A DNA stretch of 64,000 bases, taken from an uncultured Actinomycetota bacterium (GTDB lineage: Bacteria > Actinomycetota > Actinomycetes > Streptosporangiales > Streptosporangiaceae). The notes beneath the pieces are model-generated. The model did no database searches. It had not been told where the DNA came from and was given only the letters and a program-made list of their open reading frames with translations. This document shows positions 52,883 through 63,984 of the stretch, in pieces. The stretch spans positions 20,911-84,910 of the forward strand of contig CAVQMG010000010.1 of assembly GCA_963713585.1 (NCBI GenBank), written 5' to 3'. Every line of letters starts with the position of its first letter. Positions within the stretch are counted from its first letter, which is position 1. The translations under genes and the position numbers were made by a program.

Positions 52883-53920
52883 TCAGATGGTGATGACGAC
52901 CTTGCCCCGAGCGTTCCCGGCTTCCAGGTAGCGCATGGCGGACGGTACTTGGTCCAGCGGGTACGTCTTGTCGATGATCGGCGTCACCGTGCCGGCCTGA
53001 ATGAGTTCAGCGAGACGGTCCAGGTCGCTGGAGCGCTGTTGTGCCGAGACCATAGTCAGCCGCTGGGGGAGGAATGGCGACAAGGTCAGCGCCCGGATCT
53101 GGCGGCCGACGCCTCCGGTCAGGCTGCCGCCTTCCTCGCCGCCGACGATGACGGCGGTCCCAGCCGGGGTGAGCGCGCGCCGCAGCCGTGACAGGTCCGG
53201 GTTTCCGGCGATGTCGATGATCAGGTCATAGTGGTGGACGCCGTCGGCGAAATCGTCTTTGGTGTAGTCGATGACATAGGCGGCACCGAGGGACGTCACC
53301 AGGTCTCGTTTCGCGGTACTGCACACGCCGGTAACTTCGGCCCCGAAGCCGGTGGCCAGTTGCACGGCATAGCTGCCGACTCCGCCAGACGCGCCAGTGA
53401 CCAGCACCTTCTGTCCTGCCTTGACGTGCCCGACGTCGGTGAGGGCCTGCAGGGCGGTGAGCGCGGAAACCGGCACTACCGCGGCCTGCTCAAAGGTGAG
53501 ATTGCCCGGCTTGTGCGCCAGCTTGTCCTCCCTGGCCACGGCGTACTCGGCGAAGGTGCCGCGACCGATCCCGAACGCGTCATCGCCCGGGCGGAACTTG
53601 GTCACTGCCGAGCCGACGGCCACGACAGTGCCGGACACGTCGATGCCGGGCACCGGCTGCTTGGGTCTGCGAAATCCGAATGCGAGGCGCAGCAGGTAGG
53701 GCCGGCCCGTCATGAGGTGCCAGCTGCCGCGGTCCAAGCCTGCGGCGTGCACCTGCAGCAGCACCTCCCGGTCTCCGCATTCCGGCGAGGCGATCTGCGC
53801 GAGGGTCAGAACGTCAGCGGAGCCGTAGCCGCCCTGCACTATCGCGCGCATCGTGCTCCCGGTCGCCGGCGGATCGGCTACGTTGCTGCGCGTTGCAGCC
53901 GTCTGCTGTTCAGATCCCAT
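52883..53920 (-). CDS. NAD(P)H-dependent quinone oxidoreductase / zinc-type alcohol dehydrogenase superfamily protein
   Basis: ATG at 53920 with strong RBS gggaggaag. MRAIVQGGYG.., cofactor loop VLVTGASGGVGSYAVQLA. Confidence 0.85.
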   Translation of the reverse strand: MGSEQQTAATRSNVADPPATGSTMRAIVQGGYGSADVLTLAQIASPECGDREVLLQVHAAGLDRGSWHLMTGRPYLLRLAFGFRRPKQPVPGIDVSGTVVAVGSAVTKFRPGDDAFGIGRGTFAEYAVAREDKLAHKPGNLTFEQAAVVPVSALTALQALTDVGHVKAGQKVLVTGASGGVGSYAVQLATGFGAEVTGVCSTAKRDLVTSLGAAYVIDYTKDDFADGVHHYDLIIDIAGNPDLSRLRRALTPAGTAVIVGGEEGGSLTGGVGRQIRALTLSPFLPQRLTMVSAQQRSSDLDRLAELIQAGTVTPIIDKTYPLDQVPSAMRYLEAGNARGKVVITI

Positions 53921-53960
53921 GACGCTTCCTCCCGAGCCGCTGACACGCTGCTCGCTCCGG

Positions 53961-54007
53961 CCGTACTTAGTACGGCACCTCATGCGGGACGCTACAGTAC
54001 TAAGTAC
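53961..54007. promoter_or_regulatory. Two related palindromes (GTACT-n-AGTAC) in the divergent oxidoreductase / TetR intergenic region
   Basis: ccgtact-t-agtacgg (53961-53975, perfect 7+1+7) and gtact-a-agtac (53997-54007). This is a classic TetR operator arrangement. Confidence 0.5.
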
Positions 54008-54035
54008 GAAAGCGCCAGCGCCGAGGAGCCAGACA

Positions 54036-54707
54036 GTGACGTCAGTAAGCGAAAGACCAGCCGGACGCGCTCCGCTCAGCCGCGAGCGAGTGCTGCGCGG
54101 CGCTGTGGCGATCGCTGACGCCGCCGGAGTAGGGGCGCTTACGATGCGCTCACTCGCCCGCGAACTTGGGGTCAAGCCCATGTCGCTCTACCACTACGTT
54201 GCCGGCAAGGACGAGATTCTTGACGGCATCGTCGACCTGGTCTTCACCGAGATCGAGCTACCGGAACCGGGTGGCGACTGGCGATCGCAGATGGCCAGCC
54301 GGGCGATCTCGGCCCGCCGTGCGCTCAGCTGCCACCCCTGGGCGATCGGGCTGATGGAATCGCGAGCTAATCCCGGCCCTGCGACGCTGCGCCACCACGA
54401 CGCGACCCTCGGCACGCTGCGCACAGCGGGGTTCTCAGTGGCGATGACCGCCCACGCCTACGCCCTGCTCGACAGCTATATCTACGGCTTCGCCCTGCAG
54501 GAGGCCTCCCTGCCCTTCAAGCCGCACACCGTCACCGCGGCGGCCGAAGCAATCACCCAGCATTTGGCTGACGACTACCCCTACCTCACCGAGATGACGA
54601 CCAAGCACATCCTGCGGCCCGGCTACGACTTCGGCGACGAGTTCGAAATCGGGCTCGACGTGATCCTGGATGCTCTCACCCGGACCATCGCCGCTGACGG
54701 CCGCTAG
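54036..54707 (+). CDS. TetR/AcrR family transcriptional regulator
   Basis: The GTG at 54036 gives an HTH LSRERVLRGAVAIADAAGVGALTMRSLARELGVKPMSLYHYVAGKDEILDGI, plus a TetR-type C-terminal domain. Confidence 0.85.
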   Translation: MTSVSERPAGRAPLSRERVLRGAVAIADAAGVGALTMRSLARELGVKPMSLYHYVAGKDEILDGIVDLVFTEIELPEPGGDWRSQMASRAISARRALSCHPWAIGLMESRANPGPATLRHHDATLGTLRTAGFSVAMTAHAYALLDSYIYGFALQEASLPFKPHTVTAAAEAITQHLADDYPYLTEMTTKHILRPGYDFGDEFEIGLDVILDALTRTIAADGR

Positions 54708-54754
54708 CCGGTCCCTGACCGCCGGATCAGGCCGAGGCACATACTCCGGACTGC

Positions 54755-56146
54755 CTAGAGTGCGAGCGGTGGTGCGAGCCACCCGATCGACAATGTCGGC
54801 TCCACGCCAAGCCGGATGCGCAACTGGAGCCGGTGCGGTGTCCGGCGGGAGACGATCTCGGCGTGGTACTCGCCGTCGGCCACCCAGCCAGCGCTGATCG
54901 ACACCTCGGGGAACGGGGTATGCAGACCGGGAAGCGCGCCGTCGCACCAACCCCCGAGCGGCACGTCGAAGGCGTGGCTGTCGCCACTGACAATCAGGAT
55001 CAGCCGCGTCCCATCAGGCAGCGGCTCTACCCGGGCACGCTCGACGCGCCCGGCGAACGGCGGCTGGATGCTGGTGGGCGAAAGCTCGACTGCCCGGTCC
55101 GGAATGTGACCGGCGGACCCGACGGCAGAGATGGAGAGTCGCCCCAGCCGGTCCGCCAGCTCCTGGTCGGCTCCCAACGCCGGCTGTGAGTCGCGGAACG
55201 CAGGCAGCAGGTGCGCCCAGATCAGATCGAGCTCAGCCTGCATGTCGATCACCTGTGCAGTACACGCGATGACCGCGTTGGCATCTGGCAGCAGAACGGC
55301 CAGCTGGCCGAAGGCGCCATCGCCGCGCTGCGCACCGTGCCGGCACATCCACATCTGGTACCCGTAGCCCTCGCGCCAGTCCGGGTTGCTCTGCCGACGC
55401 GAGTTGCCGACCTGCGGCCGCCTGCTCTCGGCCACGAATTCGGCCGGCACTAGCTGGGCATCGCCCCAGCGGCCGTACTGGAGGACAAGCTGGCCGAGCT
55501 TAGCCACTGACTCCGTCGTCACATGCAGTCCAGAGAAACCCTGGTCGATCCCTGCCGACGTCGACAGCCACTCCGCGCGATCGATGCCAAGCGGATCGAA
55601 CAACCGCGGTCGCAGGTAGTCGACGACTCGCTGACCCGTCGCCGACGTGATGATCTGTGACAACGTGAGCGAGTTGCCCTGGTTGTAAGCGAAGACGCTG
55701 CCGGGCGGCTCATCCGGTGCCAGGGCCAGGAAGTTGCGCACTGGATCTGGCCCCATCGCGACGATCTGCGGCAGCGTCTCCTGGCGGTGCCCGCTCGCCA
55801 TGGACAGCAGGTGGCGGACGCGAAGCTGCCGGAGATGCTCTGGCCGAGGTTCCGGCACCCTGTCGGGCAGCAGGTCGGCGACCAGGTCCTCGGGCGTGAA
55901 ACGCCCTTCCCCGATGGCTATCCCGACGGCCATCGCGAGGAAGGTCTTCGACAGCGAGTACAGCAACTGGATGTCGTCGCGCCGGTAAGGAGCCCACCAG
56001 CCTTCGGCCACGACCGCGCCGTGGCGCAGGATCATCAGGGAGTGCAGATCCATTCCAGCGGCATCGACCGCGTCCAGGAAACCGAGGACACGCGCTGCGT
56101 CTACGTTGACGTCCGCCGGTGCCGACCGCGGCAGCCGCGTCCTCAT
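54755..56146 (-). CDS. Serine hydrolase (beta-lactamase / esterase class C-like)
   Basis: SxxK motif in LYSLSKTFLAMAVG. About 460 aa. The chosen ATG at 56146 overlaps the stop of the GNAT gene (ATGA at 56143-56146). Confidence 0.85.
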   Translation of the reverse strand: MRTRLPRSAPADVNVDAARVLGFLDAVDAAGMDLHSLMILRHGAVVAEGWWAPYRRDDIQLLYSLSKTFLAMAVGIAIGEGRFTPEDLVADLLPDRVPEPRPEHLRQLRVRHLLSMASGHRQETLPQIVAMGPDPVRNFLALAPDEPPGSVFAYNQGNSLTLSQIITSATGQRVVDYLRPRLFDPLGIDRAEWLSTSAGIDQGFSGLHVTTESVAKLGQLVLQYGRWGDAQLVPAEFVAESRRPQVGNSRRQSNPDWREGYGYQMWMCRHGAQRGDGAFGQLAVLLPDANAVIACTAQVIDMQAELDLIWAHLLPAFRDSQPALGADQELADRLGRLSISAVGSAGHIPDRAVELSPTSIQPPFAGRVERARVEPLPDGTRLILIVSGDSHAFDVPLGGWCDGALPGLHTPFPEVSISAGWVADGEYHAEIVSRRTPHRLQLRIRLGVEPTLSIGWLAPPLAL

Positions 56147-56722
56147 GCCCCGCCCGCCGCGCCCGTGCATGCCTGCCATTCGGGCTTAGTGAGCGCGTAC
56201 TCGACCTGGCCGTACTCGGAGCCTTCGATGGCGTCCGGCAAACCCCACGGAGTGGTGCGCACCAGTGTCAGGCCGCACTTCTCCAGCACCCGCCGCGACG
56301 TTGTGTTGACCGTCATCGTGTGCCCGAACACCCGCTGGACGCCGAGCTCGGTAAAGCCCATGGTGATCAGGGCGCTCGAGCCCTCGGTGGCGTAGCCCTT
56401 GTTCCACGCGGCCCGGCGCAGCCGGTAGCCGAGGTCGATGTTGGTGATATCCGCGTCGGGGCCGGGGCGGAAGTGAAACCAGCCCAGGAACTCACCGGTG
56501 ACGGCGGCCTCGGCCGCCCAGGTCCCGAGCCGGTCCAGCCGCTCGTAGGCCGCGAGATGGAAGGGAATGATCTCGTCGCGGATCTGCTCGCGCGGTGTTC
56601 GGCCGGCCGCCGGTGAGGTAGCGCATCACCGCCGGGTCGCTGTTCAGATCGAACAGGTTATCCACGTCGTCTTCGGTGAACTGGCGCAGAGTCAGTCGCG
56701 GTGTTTTCAGGACGATATGCAT
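56143..56722 (-). pseudogene. GNAT family N-acetyltransferase (RimJ/RimL-like), one frameshift
   Basis: MHIVLKTPRLTLRQFTEDDVDNLFDLNSDPAVMRYLTGGRP is followed, after a shift at about 56595 (ccgaacaccgcg), by PREQIRDEIIPFHLAAY..GWFHF..LGYRLRRAAWNKGYATEGSSALI..VFGHTMTVNTTSRRVLEKCGL. Confidence 0.75.
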
Positions 56723-56803
56723 GCAGCCATTATCCAAGTGCGCGGCGGCACGACAGCGACCGAAATTGCTGCGCAGGCGTCGGCGATCCGAATTGCCCCG
56801 CGG

Positions 56804-57436
56804 TCACTGTCCGACGCGGCCGTCGATCCGTTCCCGCAGGAGGTCGGCGTGGCCGCAGTGGCGGGCGTACTCCTCGATCATGTGGACCAGTACCGAGCGC
56901 AGCGCGACTGTCGTGCCGTCCCGGTTGATGCCCTTGATGCCGAGGTCGGACGAATCGGCGACGAATTTCTCCGCGAAAGCGACCTCGTCACGCCAGGCTA
57001 GCCAGGCATCGTTTACGACCGCCGGGTCGGCAACCGCGCCGAGCCAATCACCGTCCGGCGTGTCCTCCGACCAGTACAGCGGGGGCGCGTCGGCCTGCGC
57101 CATCACGCGCCGGAACCAGTTTCGTTCCACGTCGGCCATGTGACGGATAAGGCCGAGCAGGGACATCGTGGAGGGCGGCACTGACCGGCAGGCGAGTTGC
57201 ACAGCGTCGAGACCGGCGCACTTCATCTCCAGCGTCAGCCGGTAGGCGCGCAGGTAGTCCAGCAGCGTCGCCTGCTCGCCCTCTGGCTCGGTTCCCGTCG
57301 TGAACCTCGGGTCCTGCGCCATGTCCATCCACATATCGGATCCGGCCCCGACGGCGTTCCATCGTTCCGGCACATTCCCGGGCTCGCTGGCTTCAGTCAC
57401 GGCGACCACCCTGTCATGCCCGCCCTGGGCGGGCAA
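56804..57436 (-). CDS. DinB / DUF664 family (mycothiol-dependent-transferase-like four-helix bundle) protein
   Basis: LLDYLRAYRLTLEMKCAGL..LGLIRHMADVERNWF..LVHMIEEYARHCGHADLLRERIDG. The true start is probably downstream of 57436. Confidence 0.75.
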   Translation of the reverse strand: MPAQGGHDRVVAVTEASEPGNVPERWNAVGAGSDMWMDMAQDPRFTTGTEPEGEQATLLDYLRAYRLTLEMKCAGLDAVQLACRSVPPSTMSLLGLIRHMADVERNWFRRVMAQADAPPLYWSEDTPDGDWLGAVADPAVVNDAWLAWRDEVAFAEKFVADSSDLGIKGINRDGTTVALRSVLVHMIEEYARHCGHADLLRERIDGRVGQ

Positions 57437-57439
57437 CGT

Positions 57440-57740
57440 CCTTCCTGCGTCACGGAGCTGGCACCGTAATCAGAGATAACGCCAGGTGGTGACGGCCCGA
57501 AGGGATGCCGGGACCAGGCAGCGAACTGGCGGGGTGGCGGCGGTACTGATCCGGGTCGCCGGACCGGGGCGGGACTGAAACCAGTCCAGGATCTCGCCGC
57601 TGCTGCTGGTTTCGGCCGCCGAGGGCCGCCCGCCGGTGAGATGGCGTAGCCGTGATCCCAGGGGTGCCTCGCCTGGGCTGAGATGGCTCGCCGAGGGGGT
57701 GGTGTACCTTGAGCCGGACACATCGCTGGCTATCGGCTCA
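57440..57740 (-). pseudogene. Probable remnant of a second GNAT acetyltransferase (C-terminal half only, frame-broken)
   Basis: Minus-strand frames give ..HPWDHGYA.. and ..LTGGRPSAAETSSSGEILDWFQSRPG..RISTAA... These resemble the WxxGYATE / ..LDWAF.. region of the GNAT at 56143-56722. There is no complete ORF. Confidence 0.3.
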
Positions 57741-57756
57741 GGCGTGGTGAAGCTAC

Positions 57757-58824
57757 ATGGACGTGATGACTGTCCTCGGGCCGGTGAGCCGGGACGATCT
57801 CGGCTTCACGCTGCCGCACGAGCATTTGCTCTTCGATATCACGGCCGCGCTGCGCCCGCCGGACGAGGAGTGGAAGCGGGAGTACGCCACTCAGCCAGTC
57901 ACGCTGGAAACGACCGGCGCGATCCGCCGGGACCCCATGATCTGCCGCGACAATCTGATCCTCCGGGACGAGGATGTCGCCGCGAGCGAGCTAGACCGTT
58001 TCCGGCGGGCAGGTGGCGCGGCGATCGTGGACGTGACGCCGCCAGCACTAGGCCGCGATGCCGCCGCGCTGCGCCGATTGTCGGAGCGCACCGGCGTGCA
58101 CATCGTCGCGAGCACGGGACACTACGTCGCAGCGGCACATCCGCCCGAGGTTGCGCAGCAGAGCGAGGATGACCTCGCGGCGTGGATGATCGGTGAGATC
58201 TCGGTCGGCATCTCCGGCACCGGTGTCCGCGCGGGGGTGATCGGCGAGATCGGAGTCAGCCCGGGCGGTCCGCACCCGGCCGAGGTGAAGATGCTGCGTG
58301 CCTCGGCGCTGGCCCAGCGGGAAACTGGCGTTGCCATCAGCATTCACAACGCCATTCCGGCGGAGCGCCAGGGGATGCGCGTGCTGCGCATCCTTGCCGA
58401 TGCGGGGGCGCAACTCGACCGGGTGGTGATGGGCCACATGACGCACAGCGTGCCGGACATCCGGTATCACAAGACGATCGCTGATACCGGGGCCGTGCTC
58501 GAGTTCGACCGGTTCGGAGCCGAGTTCTATGACAACTCCCAGAGCACAGCGATCGGCACTACCTACGCTGAGAACCGGGACACCGAGGTGGTGGAGGAAA
58601 TCGCCGTACTGGTACGGCACGGATACGCCGATCGCATCATGATCTCTCACGACGCTGCCTTCAAGATCCAGCTGCACACCTACGGCGGACTCGGGCTGTC
58701 ACACATTCCGTTGCGAGTGACACGGTACCTGCGTACCGCCGGTGTCAGCGACGCCGAGGTCGAACAGATCACGACGGTCAATCCGGCGCGGATGTTCGCA
58801 CAGCAGGCAGTCTCAGCGCGCTAA
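57757..58824 (+). CDS. Phosphotriesterase-related (PTE/Php family amidohydrolase-fold) protein
   Basis: LGFTLPHEHLLFD metal-binding start, IVDVTP, GVIGEIG, ISHD motifs in the expected order. Confidence 0.85.
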   Translation: MDVMTVLGPVSRDDLGFTLPHEHLLFDITAALRPPDEEWKREYATQPVTLETTGAIRRDPMICRDNLILRDEDVAASELDRFRRAGGAAIVDVTPPALGRDAAALRRLSERTGVHIVASTGHYVAAAHPPEVAQQSEDDLAAWMIGEISVGISGTGVRAGVIGEIGVSPGGPHPAEVKMLRASALAQRETGVAISIHNAIPAERQGMRVLRILADAGAQLDRVVMGHMTHSVPDIRYHKTIADTGAVLEFDRFGAEFYDNSQSTAIGTTYAENRDTEVVEEIAVLVRHGYADRIMISHDAAFKIQLHTYGGLGLSHIPLRVTRYLRTAGVSDAEVEQITTVNPARMFAQQAVSAR

Positions 58825-58926
58825 CACGACGGAGCCGGACCGGCCAGACCGACAAGACCCCGCCTGGCCAAAACTGGCCACAGTGAAGCCGCTTCAATTC
58901 TCCCGCCAGCCTGAGAGGCGAATGCC

Positions 58927-59871
58927 GTGCCATTCACGTACGACGCCGAGCTCGCCGAGTTGCTCACTGCCGCCGCGGAGATCAGGCGTGCCACGCGGCC
59001 AGCTGCTGGCGACTGGCATGCGCGGCGGGAGACGGGCAACGCCAACCTCGCCGCGGTCTTCTCGGCGCTGCCGGACACACCTGACGTCCAGACGCATGAC
59101 GTTCAGATCAGCGGGTACGAGGGCGCGCCGGTCGCGGCCCGCCTCTATCGCCGGGATGACAGCAGCCCGGGCTCGGCGATCCTCTACATCCACGGCGGCG
59201 GCATGGTGGTCGGCAGCATGGACCTGTACGACAAAGTGCCTGCCAGCTATGTGGCCGAGTCGGGAGTGCCGATGCTCTCCGTCGACTACCGGCTCGCTCC
59301 CGAGCACCAGCATCCGGTCCCGGTCGAGGACTGCTTCGGCGCGCTGACCTGGCTGCACGAGCACGCCGCCGAGTACGGCATCGATCCGGTCAGGATCGCG
59401 GTCATGGGCGATAGCGCCGGCGGCGGACTGGCCGCCGGGACTGCCATCCTGGCCAGAGACCGAGCTGTGCCGCTGGCCAGGCAGATCCTCATCTATCCGA
59501 TGCTGGATGACCGGAACGTTTTCCCTGACCCTGAGCTTGTCCCGTTCGCTGGCTGGAACCACGAAGACAATCTGGCCGGCTGGGGCGCCCTGCTCGGTGA
59601 GCGGCGAGGCACCGGGGACGTACATCCGTCGGCCGCCCCGGCCCGGCTAGCCGAGTTCGCTGGTCTGGCACCCGCCTACATCGAAGTCGGCGAACTGGAC
59701 ATCTTCCGGGACGAGGATGTCGAGTACGCCCAGCAGCTCGGCCGGGCTGGCGTCTCGTGCGAGCTGCACGTGCACACCGGCGTGCCGCACGGCTTCGACG
59801 GCGTGGCACGCGGGAGCCCCCTGGGCCAGCGCTCGCGCGCAGACCGGATCCGGTTCCTGCAGTCCTTCTGA
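58927..59871 (+). CDS. Alpha/beta hydrolase, hormone-sensitive-lipase-like esterase (family IV)
   Basis: Oxyanion HGGG (LYIHGGGMVVGS), nucleophile elbow GDSAGGGLA, C-terminal HGF. Confidence 0.85.
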   Translation: MPFTYDAELAELLTAAAEIRRATRPAAGDWHARRETGNANLAAVFSALPDTPDVQTHDVQISGYEGAPVAARLYRRDDSSPGSAILYIHGGGMVVGSMDLYDKVPASYVAESGVPMLSVDYRLAPEHQHPVPVEDCFGALTWLHEHAAEYGIDPVRIAVMGDSAGGGLAAGTAILARDRAVPLARQILIYPMLDDRNVFPDPELVPFAGWNHEDNLAGWGALLGERRGTGDVHPSAAPARLAEFAGLAPAYIEVGELDIFRDEDVEYAQQLGRAGVSCELHVHTGVPHGFDGVARGSPLGQRSRADRIRFLQSF

Positions 59872-60033
59872 CGGCGATATCCGTCGGCCTGGCTGGCGGC
59901 CCGCACGACGCCGGCCCGGCGGGCAACTCGGGCGCGCTGGCCTGCCGGCCAGTTGATTTTCCCATCGTGGTCTGCCTTGATTGCCTTGACGCGGGTCATG
60001 TGAGGCGGCCCGGGCCAGCGCTGAGGAGGCACT

Positions 60034-61656
<1,623 letters not shown>

Positions 61657-61707
61657 CCGTCTCAGCCCGGCGTGCCTGCGCCGCATTCGGCCTGGCCTGA
61701 TGTTGCC

Positions 61708-61726
61708 GCCTGCGACGATGGCAGGC
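61708..61726 (+). terminator. Weak hairpin downstream of the acyl-CoA ligase gene
   Basis: gcctgc-gacgatg-gcaggc. The stem is 6 bp only, with no U-tract. Confidence 0.2.
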
Positions 61727-61782
61727 TGCCGCGTGCCCAAACCGCGGTGAATGCGGCAGCCGTCATGAGTCGGGGCGAACCC

Positions 61783-61811
61783 TTGACAGCCTCATCGCAC
61801 TGGGCTCTAAT
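61783..61811 (+). promoter_or_regulatory. Near-consensus sigma70-type promoter
   Basis: TTGACA (61783-61788), exactly 17 nt, TCTAAT (61806-61811). This is unusual in such GC-rich DNA. It faces the FAH-family gene. Confidence 0.5.
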
Positions 61812-61839
61812 AAGGTAGCTATTCAATAAGGTAGCTATT
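61809..61839 (+). repeat. Two perfect 15-bp direct repeats AATAAGGTAGCTATT spaced 16 bp apart (operator-like), overlapping the -10 element
   Basis: aataaggtagctatt at 61809-61823 and again at 61825-61839, read directly. Each unit has AATA...TATT ends. Confidence 0.85.
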
Positions 61840-61889
61840 TAGGTCTAACACTCGCCGCTCGCGGCTGCTGAAGTCGTCACCCCGCATGC

Positions 61890-61903
61890 GCCCGATATCG
61901 GGC
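61890..61903. promoter_or_regulatory. Perfect 14-bp palindrome GCCCGATATCGGGC in the leader of the FAH-family gene
   Basis: Read directly. It could be a protein operator or a 5-bp-stem RNA hairpin. Confidence 0.35.
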
Positions 61904-62006
61904 TACTGCCAGGTAGCGTCCGTGTCAGCCGGGGCTGCATCGGCCTGGCCCGAGCCAGCGAGGGTTCCTGAATCGCTATCTGTTTGGCAGCACCGGGAGG
62001 GCTTTC

Positions 62007-62879
62007 ATGAGGCTGGCCAGCACAGGTGGTCGCGCTGTCGCGCTGGTGACCGACGACAGCGGTTACGACGTGGAGCTGGCGTCGGGCGGCGAGTTCGGCC
62101 CTGGCATCCAGGACCTCTATGACCGCTGGGACAGCTTCCGGCACTGGTCGGCCGGCCTGGACGGGGCCGCGCAGGACCGCGTTGCCGTCCGGCGCGACCA
62201 GCTCGGGCCGCCGGCCCCGGCGCCACGGCAGGTCTTCGCGGTGGGTGCCAACTACGGCAAGCACGTCGCCGAGACTGGCCGCGAGCTGCCGAAGGACCTG
62301 GCCATCTTCACCAAGTTCCCGAGCTGCATCACCGGGCCGTACGACTCCGTCGTCATCCGCAGCGACTACGTCGACTGGGAGACCGAACTAGTCGTCGTGA
62401 TCGGCGCGGCGGCGCAGGACGTGGCGGAATCGGATGCCTGGTCGTACGTGGCCGGCGTGACCGTCGGCCAGGACCTCTCCGAGCGCGTCCTGCAGCGCAC
62501 GAGCCCGCGCAACCAGTACTGCCTGCCGAAGTCGATGCCCGGCTTCGGGCCTACCGGACCGTACCTGGTCACCGTCGACGAGCTCAGCGACCCGGACGAC
62601 CTCGAGCTGTCCTGCTCGGTCAACGGTGAGCAGCAGCAGCACGCGCGCACCAGCGACATGGTCTTCTCGGTGCCGCAGATCATCGCCCGCCTGTCGGAGC
62701 TGTGCTCACTGCTGCCTGGTGACCTGATCTTCACGGGCACGCCGTCCGGAGTCGGCGGTGCCCAGGATCCGCCGCGCTATCTGCGCGACGGCGACGTTCT
62801 GGCCACTCGCATCGACGGCGTCGGCGAGATGAGCAACCGCTTCGTCGACCACGGCCAGCGCATCGCCTACCGGAGTTAG
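62007..62879 (+). CDS. Fumarylacetoacetate hydrolase (FAH) family protein
   Basis: RBS gggaggg. Motifs VGANYGKH, ETELVVVIG, DLSER, FTGTPSGVG. Confidence 0.85.
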   Translation: MRLASTGGRAVALVTDDSGYDVELASGGEFGPGIQDLYDRWDSFRHWSAGLDGAAQDRVAVRRDQLGPPAPAPRQVFAVGANYGKHVAETGRELPKDLAIFTKFPSCITGPYDSVVIRSDYVDWETELVVVIGAAAQDVAESDAWSYVAGVTVGQDLSERVLQRTSPRNQYCLPKSMPGFGPTGPYLVTVDELSDPDDLELSCSVNGEQQQHARTSDMVFSVPQIIARLSELCSLLPGDLIFTGTPSGVGGAQDPPRYLRDGDVLATRIDGVGEMSNRFVDHGQRIAYRS

Positions 62880-62928
62880 CCCGCAGTACATCGGACGCAC
62901 CAGCAGACAACGAGCAAAGGACCCCATC

Positions 62929-63956
62929 ATGCGCGCGGCAGTGATCAGCACCGACCGACAGCTCGTAGCCATCGACGACGCTCCCGATCCGCAGCTTCGC
63001 GACGGCAGCGTGCTCCTGCAGGTCGCCTACTGCGGCATCTGCGGCTCTGACCTCGGCTCGATCAAGAACGCCGACCGGTTCCGCGCGGGCTACATCATGG
63101 GCCACGAGATCGCCGGCGAGGTGATCGAGAGCGCGGCCGACGTCACTGACTGGGCACCCGGTGACCGGGTCGCCGTCTATCATGCGACCGGCTGCGGCGA
63201 GTGCGTCATGTGCACCACCGGCCGGTCCTACCGGTGCCTGAACGCGCTCGACACGTCGATCGGCCACGGCGTCGTGCCCGGCGGGTACGCCGAGCGCATC
63301 GCGGTGCCGGCCAAGCTCCTCTACCGGCTGCCCGCGCAGGTCGACCTCCGCCTCGGCGCCCTGGCCGAGCCGCTCGCGATCGCGCTGCACGGCATCAACA
63401 TGAGCCGCAACGGCACCGAGGCACCGGTCTGCATCCTGGGTGGCGGGCCTATCGGCTCACTGACGGCCCGCGCGCTGCAGTTGCGCGGTAACAGCAATGT
63501 CGTGGTGGTCGACCCCAACCCGCACCGGGTCAAGCGACTGGTCGAGCTCGGGATCAGGGCCATCAGCCTCGACGACGTCGCCAGCACTGTGCCGGCCGAG
63601 CTCGGCGCTGAACCCGAGGTCGTCTTCGAGTGCTCGGGCAATTCCGGCGCGGCCGGGCTCGCCATCGAGCTCGCCAGTCCGTTTGGCACGGTCATCCTGC
63701 AGGGTCGTCCGCTAAGCCCGTCCCCGATCCCGCAGAGCATGGCCGGGCGCAAGGAACTGCACATCATCGGGACCGCCAGCTGCACGCAGGCCGAATTCCA
63801 GGCGGCTGTGGACGAACTCGGCTCGCAGGGGCCGGCTATGTCGGCCTCGTCGGCGCGGCTTATCCCCTCGACAGCGCCCAGTCCGCCTTCGACCAGCTGC
63901 GGCACCCGGACAACGAGTACGTCAAGGTGCTCATCGGCTCCGGCCTCGGGTCCTGA
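62929..63956 (+). pseudogene. Zinc-binding medium-chain alcohol dehydrogenase (threonine/sorbitol dehydrogenase-like), one frameshift near the 3' end
   Basis: MRAAVIS..CGICGSDL..GHEIAGEV..GCGECVMCTTGRSYRC..ILGGGPIGS. This frame runs off the window without a stop, which is why it is absent from the ORF track. The expected C-terminus GYVGLVGAAYPLDSAQSAFDQLRHPDNEYVKVLIGS with the stop at 63954-63956 is in another frame. The shift is at about 63810-63835. Confidence 0.75.
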
Positions 63957-63984
63957 GCCCGGCCGGCGGAAGCAGGAGACCGCG

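Noticed and set aside
59872-60033. Minus-strand small ORF beginning MTRVKAIKADHDGKINWPAGQRARV... between the esterase and acyl-CoA ligase genes.
   Set aside because: It has good third-position GC but no RBS. The frame runs on antisense into the esterase gene without a sensible stop, and I recognise no family. The evidence is insufficient to call it.
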